A stretch of DNA of 64,000 nucleotides, taken from positions 81,059 to 145,058 of the forward strand of contig JAUCBJ010005712.1 in the NCBI GenBank assembly GCA_032718475.1. Reading direction: 5' to 3'. Below, one piece after another: positions 36,001-48,700 of this stretch. The DNA is from Nemertoderma westbladi. Its lineage: Eukaryota; Animalia; Xenacoelomorpha. Under the pieces are notes generated by a model that had not been told where the DNA came from, searched no databases, and saw only the letters and a list, made by a program, of their open reading frames with translations. Made by a program: the position numbers and the translations under genes. The stretch's first letter is position 1; every line of letters starts with the position of its first letter.

Positions 36001-39000
36001 GATATAATAGAATACACAGATAGAATAGAATACACAGATAGAATAGAATACACAGATAGAATAGAATACACAGATAGAATAGAATACACAGATAGAATAG
36101 AATACAGAGATAGAATATAATACACAGATAGAATAGAATACACAGATAGAATAGAATACACAGATAGAATAGAATACACAGATAGAATAGAATACACAGA
36201 TAGAATAGAATACACAGATAGAATAGAATACACAGATAGAATAGAATACACAGATAGAATAGAATACACAGATAGAATAGAATACACAGATAGAATAGAA
36301 TACACAGATAGAATAGAATTCACAGATAGAATAGAATACACAGATAGAATAGAATACACAGATAGAATAGAATAGAATACACAGATATAATAGAATACAC
36401 AGATAGAATAGAATACACAGATAGAATAGAATACACAGATAGAATAGAATACACAGATAGAATAGAATACACAGATAGAATAGAATTCACAGATAGAATA
36501 GAATACACAGATAGAATAGAATAGAATACACAGATATAATAGAATACACAGATATAATAGAATACACAGATAGAATAGAATACACAGATAGAATAGAATA
36601 CACAGATAGAATAGAATACACAAATAGAATAGAATACACAGATAGAATAGAATACACAGATAGAATAGAATACAAAGATAGAATAGAATACACAGATAAA
36701 ATAGAATACACAGATAGAATAGAATACACAGATACAATAGAATACACATATAGAATAGAATACACAGATAGAATAGAATACAAAGATGGAATATAATACA
36801 AAGATGGAATAGAATACACAGATAGAATAGAATACACAGATAGAATAGAATACACAGATACAATAGAATACACATATAGAATAGAATACACATATAGAAT
36901 AGAATACACAGATAGAATAGAATACAAAGATGGAATAGAATACACAGATAGAATAGAATACACAGATAGAATAGAATACACAGATAGAATAGAATACACA
37001 GATAGAATAGAATACACAGATAGAATAGAATACACAGATAGAATAGAATTCACAGATAGAATAGAATACACAGATAGAATAGAATACAAAGATGGAATAG
37101 AATACACAGATAGAATAGAATACACAGATAGAATAGAATACACAGATAGAATAGAATACAGAGATAGAATATAATACACAGATAGAATAGAATACACAGA
37201 TAGAATAGAATACACAGATAGAATAGAATACACAGATAGAATAGAATACACAGATAGAATAGAATACACAGACAGAATAGAATACACAGATAGAATAGAA
37301 TAGAATACACAGATAGAATAGAATACACAGATATAATAGAATACACAGATAGAATAGAATACACAGATAGAATATAATACACAGATGGAATAGAGTACAC
37401 AGATAGAATAGAATACACAGATAGAATAGAATACACAGATAGAATAGAATACACAGATATAATAGAATACACAGATAGAATAGAATACACAGACAGAATA
37501 GAATACACAGATAGAATAGAATAGAATACACAGATAGAATAGAATACACAGATAGAATAGAATACACAGATAGAATAGAATAGAATACACAGATAGAATA
37601 GAATACACAGATATAATAGAATACACAGATAGAATAGAATACACAGATATAATAAAATACACAGATAGAATAGAATACACAGACAGAATAGAATACACAG
37701 ATATAATAGAATAGAATACACAGACAGAATAGAATACACAGATAGAATAGAATAGAATACACAGATAGAATAGAATACACAGATAGAATAGAATACACAG
37801 ATAGAATAGAATACACAGATAGAATAGAATACACAGATAGAATAGAATACACAGATAGAATAGATTACAGAGATATAATAGAATACACAGATAGAATAGA
37901 ATACACAGACAGAATAGAATACACAGATAGAATAGAATAGAATACACAGACAGAATAGAATACACAGATAGAATAGAATAGAATACACAGATAGAATAGA
38001 ATACACAGATAGAATAGAATACACAGATAGAATAGAATACACAGATAGAATAGAATACACAGATAGAATAGAATACACAGATAGAATAGATTACAGAGAT
38101 AGAATAGATTACAGAGATAGAATATAATACACAGATAGAATATAATACACAGATAGAATAGAATACACAGATAGAATAGAATACACAGATAGAATAGAAT
38201 ACACAGATAGAATAGAATATAATACACAGATAGAATAGAATAGAATAGAATACACAGATAGAATAGAATACACAGATATAATAGAATACACAGATAGAAT
38301 AGAATACACAGATATAATAGAATACACAGATAGAATAGAATACACAGACAGAATAGAATACACAGATAGAATAGAATAGAATACACAGATAGAATAGAAT
38401 ACACAGATAGAATAGAATACACAGATAGAATAGAATACACAGATAGAATAGAATACACAGATAGAATAGAATACACAGATAGAATAGAATACACAGATAG
38501 AATAGAATACACAGATAGAATAGAATACACAGATAGAATAGAATACACAGATAGAATAGAATACACAGATAGAATAGAATACACAGATAGAATAGAATAC
38601 ACAGATAGAATAGAATACACAGATAGAATAGAATACACAGATAGAATAGAATACAGAGATAGAATATAATACACAGATAGAATAGAATACACAGATAGAA
38701 TAGAATACACAGATAGAATAGAATACACAGATAGAATAGAATACACAGATAGAATAGAATACACAGATAGAATAGAATACACAGATAGAATAGAATACAC
38801 AGATAGAATAGAATACACAGATAGAATAGAATACACAGATAGAATAGAATACAGAGATAGAATATAATACACAGATAGAATAGAATACAGAGATAGAATA
38901 GAATACACAGATAGAATAGAATACAGAGATAGAATAGAATACACAGATAGAATAGAATACAGAGATAGAATATAATACACAGATAGAATAGAATACAGAG

Positions 39001-42000
39001 ATAGAATAGAATACACAGATAGAATAGAATACACAGATAGAATAGAATACACAGATAGAATAGAATACACAGATAGAATAGAATACACAGATAGAATAGA
39101 ATACAGAGATAGAATATAATACACAGATAGAATAGAATACACAGATAGAATAGAATACACAGATAGAATAGAATACACAGATAGAATAGAATACAGAGAT
39201 AGAATATAATACACAGATAGAATAGAATACACAGATAGAATAGAATACACAGATAGAATAGAATACACAGATAGAATAGAATACACAGATAGAATAGAAT
39301 ACAGAGATAGAATATAATACACAGATAGAATAGAATACACAGATAGAATAGAATACACAGATAGAATAGAATACACAGATAGAATAGAATACACAGATAG
39401 AATAGAATACACAGATAGAATAGAATACACAGATAGAATAGAATACACAGATAGAATAGAATACACAGATAGAATAGAATACAGAGATAGAATATAATAC
39501 ACAGATAGAATAGAATACACAGATAGAATAGAATACACAGATAGAATAGAATACACAGATAGATTAGAATACACAGATAGAATAGAATACAGAGATAGAA
39601 TATAATACACAGATAGAATAGAATACACAGATAGAATAGAATACACAGATAGAATAGAATACACAGATAGAATAGAATACACAGATAGAATAGAATACAC
39701 AGATAGAATAGAATACACAGATAGAATAGATTACAGAGATAGAATAGATTACAGAGATAGAATATAATACACAGATAGAATATAATACACAGATAGAATA
39801 GAATACACAGATAGAATAGAATACACAGATAGAATAGAATACACAGATAGAATAGAATACACAGATAGAATAGAATACACAGATAGAATAGAATACACAG
39901 ATAGAATAGAATACACAGATAGAATAGAATACACAGATAGAATAGAATACACATATAGAATAGAATACACATATAGAATAGAATACACATATAGAATAGA
40001 ATACACATATAGAATAGAATACACATATAGAATAGAATACACAGATAGAATAGAATACACAGATAGAATAGAATACACATATAGAATAGAATACACAGAT
40101 AGAATAGAATACACAGATAGAATAGAATACACAGATAGAATAGAATACACAGATAGAATAGAATACACAGATAGAATAGAATACACAGATAGAATAGAAT
40201 ACACAGATAGAATAGAATACACAGATAGAATAGAATACACAGATAGAATAGAATACACAGATAGAATAGAATACACAGACAGAATAGAATAGAATACACA
40301 GATAGAATAGAATACACAGATAGAATAGAATACACAGATAGAATAGAATACACAGATAGAATAGAATACACAGATAGAATAGAATACACAGATAGAATAG
40401 AATACACAGATAGAATAGAATACACAGATAGAATAGAATACACAGATAGAATAGAATACACAGATAGAATAGAATACACAGATAGAATAGAATACACAGA
40501 TAGAATAGAATACACAGATAGAATAGAATACACAGATAGAATAGAATACACAGATAGAATAGAATACACAGATAGAATAGAATACACAGATAGAATAGAA
40601 TACACAGATAGAATAGAATACACAGATAGAATAGAATACACAGATAGAATAGAATACACAGATAGAATAGAATACACAGATAGAATAGAATACACAGATA
40701 GAATAGAATACACAGATAGAATAGAATACACAGATAGAATAGAATACACAGATAGAATAGAATACACAGATAGAATAGAATACACAGATAGAATAGAATA
40801 CACAGATAGAATAGAATACACAGATAGAATAGAATACACAGATAGAATAGAATACACAGATAGAATAGAATACAGAGATAGAATAGAATACACAGATAGA
40901 ATAGAATACACAGATAGAATAGAATACACAGATAGAATAGAATACACAGATAGAATAGAATACAGAGATAGAATAGAATACAGAGATAGAATATAATACA
41001 CAGATAGAATAGAATACACAGATAGAATAGAATACACAGATAGAATAGAATACACAGATAGAATAGAATACAGAGATAGAATAGAATACAGAGATAGAAT
41101 AGAATACACAGATAGAATAGAATACACAGATAGAATAGAATACACAGATAGAATAGAATACACAGATAGAATAGAATACACAGATAGAATAGAATACACA
41201 GATAGAATAGAAAACAGAGATAGAATATAATACACAGATAGAATAGAATACACAGATAGAATAGAATACACAGATAGAATAGAATACACGGATAGAATAG
41301 AATACACAGATATAATAGAATACACAGATAGAATAGAATACACAGATAGAATAGAATACACAGATAGAATAGAATACACATATAGAATAGAATACACAGA
41401 TAGAATAGAATACACAGATAGAATAGAATACACAGATAGAATAGAATACACAGATAGAATAGAATACACAGACAGAATAGAATAGAATACACATATAGAA
41501 TAGAATACACAGATAGAATAGAATACACAGATAGAATAGAATAGAATACACAGATAGAATAGAATAGAATACACAGATAGAATAGAATAGAATACACAGA
41601 TAGAATAGAATACACATATAGAATAGAATACACAGATAGAATAGAATACACAGATAGAATAGAATACACAGATAGAATAGAATACACAGATAGAATAGAA
41701 TTCACAGATAGAATAGAATTCACAGATAGAATAGAATACACAGATAGAATAGAATACACAGATAGAATAGAATACACAGATAGAATAGAATACACAGATA
41801 GAATAGAATACACAGATAGAATAGAATTCACAGATAGAATAGAATAGAATACACAGATATAATAGAATACACAGATAGAATAGAATACACAGATAGAATA
41901 GAATACACAGATAGAATAGAATACACAGATAGAATAGAATACACAGATAGAATAGAATACAGAGATAGAATATAATACACAGATAGAATAGAATACACAG

Positions 42001-44613
42001 ATAGAATAGAATACACAGATAGAATAGAATACACAGATAGAATAGAATACACAGATAGAATAGAATACACAGATAGAATAGAATACACAGATAGAATAGA
42101 ATACACAGATAGAATAGAATACACAGATAGAATAGAATACACAGATAGAATAGAATACACAGATAGAATAGAATACACAGATAGAATAGAATACAGAGAT
42201 AGAATAGAATACACAGATAGAATAGAATACACAGATAGAATAGAATACACAGATAGAATAGAATACACAGATAGAATAGAATACACAGATAGAATAGAAT
42301 ACACAGATAGAATAGAATACACAGATATAATAGAATACACAGATAGAATAGAATACACAGATAGAATAGAATACACAGATAGAATAGAATACATAGATAG
42401 AATAGAATACAGAGATAGAATAGAATACACAGATAGAATAGAATACACAGATAGAATAGAATACACAGATAGAATAGAATACACAGATAGAATAGAATAG
42501 AATACACAGATATAATAGAATACACAGATAGAATAGAATACACAGATAGAATAGAATACACAGATAGAATAGAATACACAGATAGAATAGAATACACAGA
42601 TAGAATAGAATACACAGATAGAATAGAATACACAGATAGAATAGAATACACAGATATAATAGAATACACAGATAGAATCGAATACACAGATAGAATAGAA
42701 TACACAGATAGAATAGAATACACAGATAGAATAAAATACACAGATAGAATAGAATACACATATAGAATAGAATACACAGATAGAATAGAATACACAGATA
42801 GAATAGAATACACAGATAGAATAGAATAGAATACACAGATAGAATAGAATACACAGATAGAATAGAATACACAGATAGAATAGAATACACAGATAGAATA
42901 GAATAGAATACACAGATATAATAGAATACACAGATAGAATAGAATACACAGATAGAATAGAATACACAGATAGAATAAAATACACAGATAGAATAGAATA
43001 CACATATAGAATAGAATACACAGATAGAATAGAATACACAGATAGAATAGAATAGAATACACAGATAGAATAGAATACACAGATAGAATAAAATACACAG
43101 ATAGAATAGAATACACATATAGAATAGAATACACAGATAGAATAGAATACACAGATAGAATAGAATACACAGATAGAATAGAATACACAGATAGAATAGA
43201 ATACACAGATAGAATAGAATACACAGATAGAATAGAATAGAATACACAGATATAATAGAATACACAGATAGAATAGAATACACAGATAGAATAGAATACA
43301 CAGATAGAATAAAATACACAGATAGAATAGAATACACATATAGAATAGAATACACAGATATAATAGAATACACAGATAGAATAGAATACACAGATAGAAT
43401 AGAATAGAATACACAGACAGAATAGAATAGAATACACATATAGAATAGAATACACAGATAGAATAGAATACACAGATAGAATAGAATACACAGACAGAAT
43501 AGAATAGAATACACATATAGAATAGAATACACAGATAGAATAGAATACACAGATAGAATAGAATACACAGATAGAATAGAATACACAGATAGAATAGAAT
43601 AGAATACACAGATAGAATAGAATACACAGATAGAATAGAATACACAGATAGAATAGAATACACAGATAGAATAGAATACAGAGATAGAATATAATACACA
43701 GATAGAATAGAATACACAGATAGAATAGAATAGAATACACAGATAGAATAGAATAGAATACACAGATAGAATAGAATAGAATACACAGATAGAATAGAAT
43801 AGAATACACAGATAGAATAGAATACACAGATAGAATAGAATACACAGATAGAATAGAATAGAATACACAGATAGAATAGAATACACAGATATAATAGAAT
43901 ACACAGATAGAATAGAATACACAGATAGAATAGAATACACATATAGAATAGAATACACATATAGAATAGAATACACAGATAGAATAGAATACACATATAG
44001 AATAGAATACACAGATAGAATAGAATACACAGATAGAATAGAATACACATATAGAATAGAATACACAGATAGAATAGAATACACATATAGAATAGAATAC
44101 ACAGATAGAATAGAATACACAGATAGAATAGAATACAGAGATAGAATAGAATACACATATAGAATAGAATACACAGATAGAATAGAATACAGAGATAGAA
44201 TAGAATACACATATAGAATAGAATACACAGATAGAATAGAATACACATATAGAATAGAATACACAGATAGAATAGAATACACATATAGAATAGAATACAC
44301 AGATAGAATAGAATACACAGATAGAATAGAATACACATATAGAATAGAATACACAGATAGAATAGAATACACATATAGAATAGAATACACAGATAGAATA
44401 GAATACACAGATAGAATAGAATACAGAGATAGAATAGAATACACATATAGAATAGAATACACAGATAGAATAGAATACACATATAGAATAGAATACACAG
44501 ATAGAATAGAATACACAGATAGAATAGAATACAGAGATAGAATAGAATACACAGATAGAATAGAATACACAGATAGAATAGAATACACAGATAGAATAGA
44601 ATACACAGATAGA
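1..44613. repeat. 18-bp satellite array, consensus GATAGAATAGAATACACA, with 23-bp variants (extra AGAAT pentamer); roughly 2,400 units, runs off the left edge of the window
   Basis: Seen directly: continuous tandem repeat from base 1 to ...atacacagataga at ~44613, where unique sequence (cggtttcggc) begins. Recurrent variant units include aattcaca, gatataatag, cacatataga, cagagataga, cagacaga and caaagatgga. Confidence 0.99.
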
Positions 44614-44879
44614 CGGTTTCGGCATAAAGGAAACCATAAATTTAATCTTAATGTTTAATCCCAAATCAATCCAAGTAAAGATAGATGGTTTTGAGATTTA
44701 CTATTATTGACAGAAGTTGAGATAGACGGTTTTGGCAAAAATATAACTTCTTAGGACTTCATAATTACGTCTTTAGACTTGGCTAGAAAGATGCGCCTCG
44801 TTTTCCTTATTCCAAATATATGCAGAGGTCATTTTTTGAAAAAAATTGACTTAGACGGCTTTGGCATGTAAAGGCCGTG
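44607..44879. repeat. Four dispersed copies of the motif (AGA/T)TAGAYGGYTTYGRSA; possible subterminal region or terminus (...GGCCGTG) of a non-autonomous DNA transposon bordering the satellite
   Basis: Copies at 44607 (agatagacggtttcggca), 44679 (agatagatggttttgaga), 44720 (agatagacggttttggca) and 44851 (ttagacggctttggca). The transposon interpretation is inference; the partner end is not in the window. Confidence 0.4.
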
Positions 44880-45632
44880 TCATTTGTAAAGATACTAACT
44901 AGGGCTATTTAAGTTAAGTATGACATTTTTAGTTTTACAATACGCGTTTAGTTCATTATCATTAGCCTCGTTGACCTCGTCCTGTTTTGACTAAAATATT
45001 TTTCTTAAACGCAGACTGACGACTTTTATAACTATACAAAGTCTCAAAACTGTGCGAGTAAGTGCTGATTTGTGGCAGATGGATACTCTTATCCATTGCA
45101 AAACTCGTTGCGTTCGTCCTGTGCAAGTTGGTCACCCAATATATACCTCACAACATTCCATTATCAGTATTGGATAAAATGACATATCGTCAAATATGTT
45201 ACACTTTGTGGATTAGGATTATAGTCAAAACAATACTCGTTATTAGGAGTATAGCCAACACAGACTCGTCTTCATTACATAAAACATTCCACCACCGGTA
45301 CTGATCAAAATGACATAGCGTCCGTTATGCTAACTCAGGTTGTTTAAGAGTAATTCATCACAATACTGGTCTACTTCATTAGCCACGTTGCGCTCGTCCT
45401 GAAGGCCCAACGCAAATTCTATTTGGAAAATTTCTAAACTTTCGCCAAACAACTTTGTCAAACTTGTACCAAGTTTGGATTTTGGATAGATTTGATTTCA
45501 TCGAGGATTAACGGAGTTATTAACGTTTAAAAACAGGGATATACAGACACACCGATTGAGATAGTGGAACCCGTATGCAAAGCTCGCTTACTTACGTGGC
45601 TCGCCCCACTTTTCCGTTATCCGAAAAACACG

Positions 45633-45731
45633 CGTATACTAATGTAGCTAACTAATAACGTATAACGTATAACGTATACTAATGTAGCTAACTAATAACG
45701 TATAACGTATACTAATGTAGCTAACTAATAA
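45633..45731. repeat. Short compound tandem repeat: 26-bp CGTATACTAATGTAGCTAACTAATAA x3, separated by 2 and then 1 copies of CGTATAA
   Basis: Seen directly at 45633, 45673 and 45706. Confidence 0.9.
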
Positions 45732-45756
45732 CTGAGCTATCAGGACGGATGAATTT

Positions 45757-48700
45757 AGTAGGTATTAGGCAACCTTTACCACACTTAGTTATAGCGACAA
45801 CAGTAGCTATTAGGCAACCTTTACCACGCTTAGTGATAGCGAGAACAGTAGGTATTAGGCAACCTTTACCACGCTTAGTGATAGCGAGAACAGTAGGTAT
45901 TAGGCAACCTTTACCACACTTAGTTATAGCGACAACAGTAGGTATTAGGCAACCTTTACCACGCTTAGTGATAGCGAGAACAGTAGGTATTAGGCAACCT
46001 TTACCACGCTTAGTGATAGCGAGAACAGTAGGAATTAGGCAACCTTTACCACACTTAGGGATAGTGACAACAGTAGGTATTAGGCAACCTTTACCACACT
46101 TAGAGATAGCGACAACAGTAGGAATTAGGCAACCTTTACCACACTTGGAGATAGCGACAACAGTAGGTATTAGGCAACCTTTACCACACTTAGAGATAGC
46201 GACAACAGTAGCTATTAGGCAACCTTTACCACACTTAGAGATAGCGACAACAGTAGGAATTAGGCAACCTTTACCACACTTAGGGATAGTGACAACAGTA
46301 GGTATTAGGCAACCTTTACCACACTTAGAGATAGCGACAACAGTAGCTATTAGGCAACCTTTACCACGCTTAGGGATAGCGACAATAGTAGGTATTAGGC
46401 AACCTTTACCACGCTTAGTTATAGCGACAACAGTAGCTATTAGGCAACCTTTACCACGCTTAGAGATAGCGACAACAGTAGGTATTAGGCAACCTTTACC
46501 ACGCTTAGATATAGCGACAACAGTAGCTATTAGGCAACCTTTACCACGCTTAGTGATAGCGAGAACAGTAGGTATTAGGCAACCTTTACCACACTTAGTT
46601 ATAGCGACAACAGTAGCTATTAGGCAACCTTTACCACGCTTAGGGATAGCGACAACAGTAGGTATTAAGCAACCTTTACCACGCTTAGTTATAGCGACAA
46701 CAGTAGCTATTAGGCAACCTTTACCACGCTTAGAGATAGCGACAACAGTAGGTATTAGGCAACCTTTACCACGCTTAGTGATAGCGACAACAGTAGCTAT
46801 TAGGCAACCTTTACCACGCTTAGAGATAGCGACAACAGTAGGTATTAGGCAACCTTTACCACGCTTAGAGATAGCGACAACAGTAGGTATTAGGCAACCT
46901 TTACCACGCTTAGGGATAGCGAGAACAGTAGGTATTAGGCAACCTTTACCACACTTAGTGATAGCGACAACAGTAGGTATTAGGCAACCTTTACCACGCG
47001 TAGCGACAACAGTAGGTATTAGGCAACCTTTACCACACTTAGTGATAGCGAGAACAGTAGGTATTAGGCAACCTTTACCACACTTAGTGATAGCGACAAC
47101 AGTAGGTATTAGGCAACCTTTACCACACTTAGTGATAGCGACAACAGTAGGTATTAGGCAACCTTTACCACGCGTAGCGACAACAGTAGTTATTAGGCAA
47201 CCTTTACCACGCGTAGCGACAACAGTAGGTATTAGGCAACCTTTACCACGCGTAGCGACAACAGTAGGTATTAGGCAACCTTTACCACACTTAGTGATAG
47301 CGAGAACAGTAGGTATTAGGCAACCTTTACCACACTTAATGATAGCGACAACAGTAGGTATTAGGCAACCTTTACCACGCGTAGCGACAACAGTAGGTAT
47401 TAGGCAACCTTTACCACACTTAGTGATAGCGAGAACAGTAGGTATTAGGCAACCTTTACCACGCTTAGTGATAGCGAGAACAGTAGGTATTAGACAACCT
47501 TTACCACGCTTAGTGATAGCGACAACAGTAGGTATTAGGCAACCTTTACCACGCTTAGTGATAGCGACAACAGTAGGTATTAGGCAACCTTTACCAACTT
47601 AGTGATAGCGACAACAGTAGGTATTAGGCAACCTTTACCACGCTTAGTGATAGCGAGAACAGTAGGTATTAGGCAACCTTTACCACGCTTAGTGATAGCG
47701 AGAACAGTAGGTATTAGGCAACCTTTACCACGCTTAGTGATAGCGACAACAGTAGGTATTAGGCAACCTTTACCACGCTTAGTGATAGCGAGAACAGTAG
47801 GTATTAGGCAACCTTTACCACGCTTAGAGATAGCGACAACAGTAGGTATTAGGCAACCTTTACCACGCTTAGTGATAGCGAGAACAGTAGGTATTAGGCA
47901 ACCTTTACCACGCTTAGTGATAGCGAGAACAGTAGCTATTAGGTAACCTTTACCACGCTTAGGGATAGCGACAACAGTAGGTATTAGGCAACCTTTACCA
48001 CGCTTAGTGATAGCGACAACAGTAGGTATTAGGCAACCTTTACCACACTTAGAGATAGCGACAACAGTAGGTATTAGGCAACCTTTACCACGCTTAGAGA
48101 TAGCGACAACAGTAGGTATTAGGTAACCTTTACCACGCTTAGTGATATCGAGAACAGTAGCTATTAGGTAACCTTTACCACGCTTAGGGATAGCGACAAC
48201 AGTAGGTATTAGGCAACCTTTACCACGCTTAGTGATAGCGAGAACAGTAGGTATTAGGCAACCTTTACCACGCTTAGTGATAGCGAGAACAGTAGCTATT
48301 AGGTAACCTTTACCACGCTTAGGGATAGCGACAACAGTAGGTATTAGGCAACCTTTACCACGCTTAGTGATAGCGACAACAGTAGGTATTAGGCAACCTT
48401 TACCACGCTTAGAGATAGCGACAACAGTAGGTATTAGGCAACCTTTACCACGCTTAGGGATAGCGACAACAGTAGGTATTAGGCAACCTTTACCACACTT
48501 AGTGATAGCGACAACAGTAGGTATTAGGCAACCTTTACCACACTTAGGGATAGCGAGAACAGTAGGTATTAGGCAACCTTTACCACACTTAGAGATAGCG
48601 ACAACAGTAGGAATTAGCAACCTTTACCACGCTTAGTGATAGCGACAACAGTAGGTATTAGGCAAACTTTACCACGCTTAGAGATAGCGACAACAGTAGG

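Noticed and set aside
1-44613. Telomeric repeat
   Set aside because: No TTAGGG/TTAGG-type unit; it is a complex 18/23-bp monomer with higher-order structure.
369-44664. Dozens of very long minus-strand ORFs (YSILSV / FYLCIL / YSICVF repeats, up to 2725 aa)
   Set aside because: The 18-bp unit has no stop in any minus-strand frame, so all three frames are open and overlap; 23-bp units shift frame freely. These are satellite artefacts.
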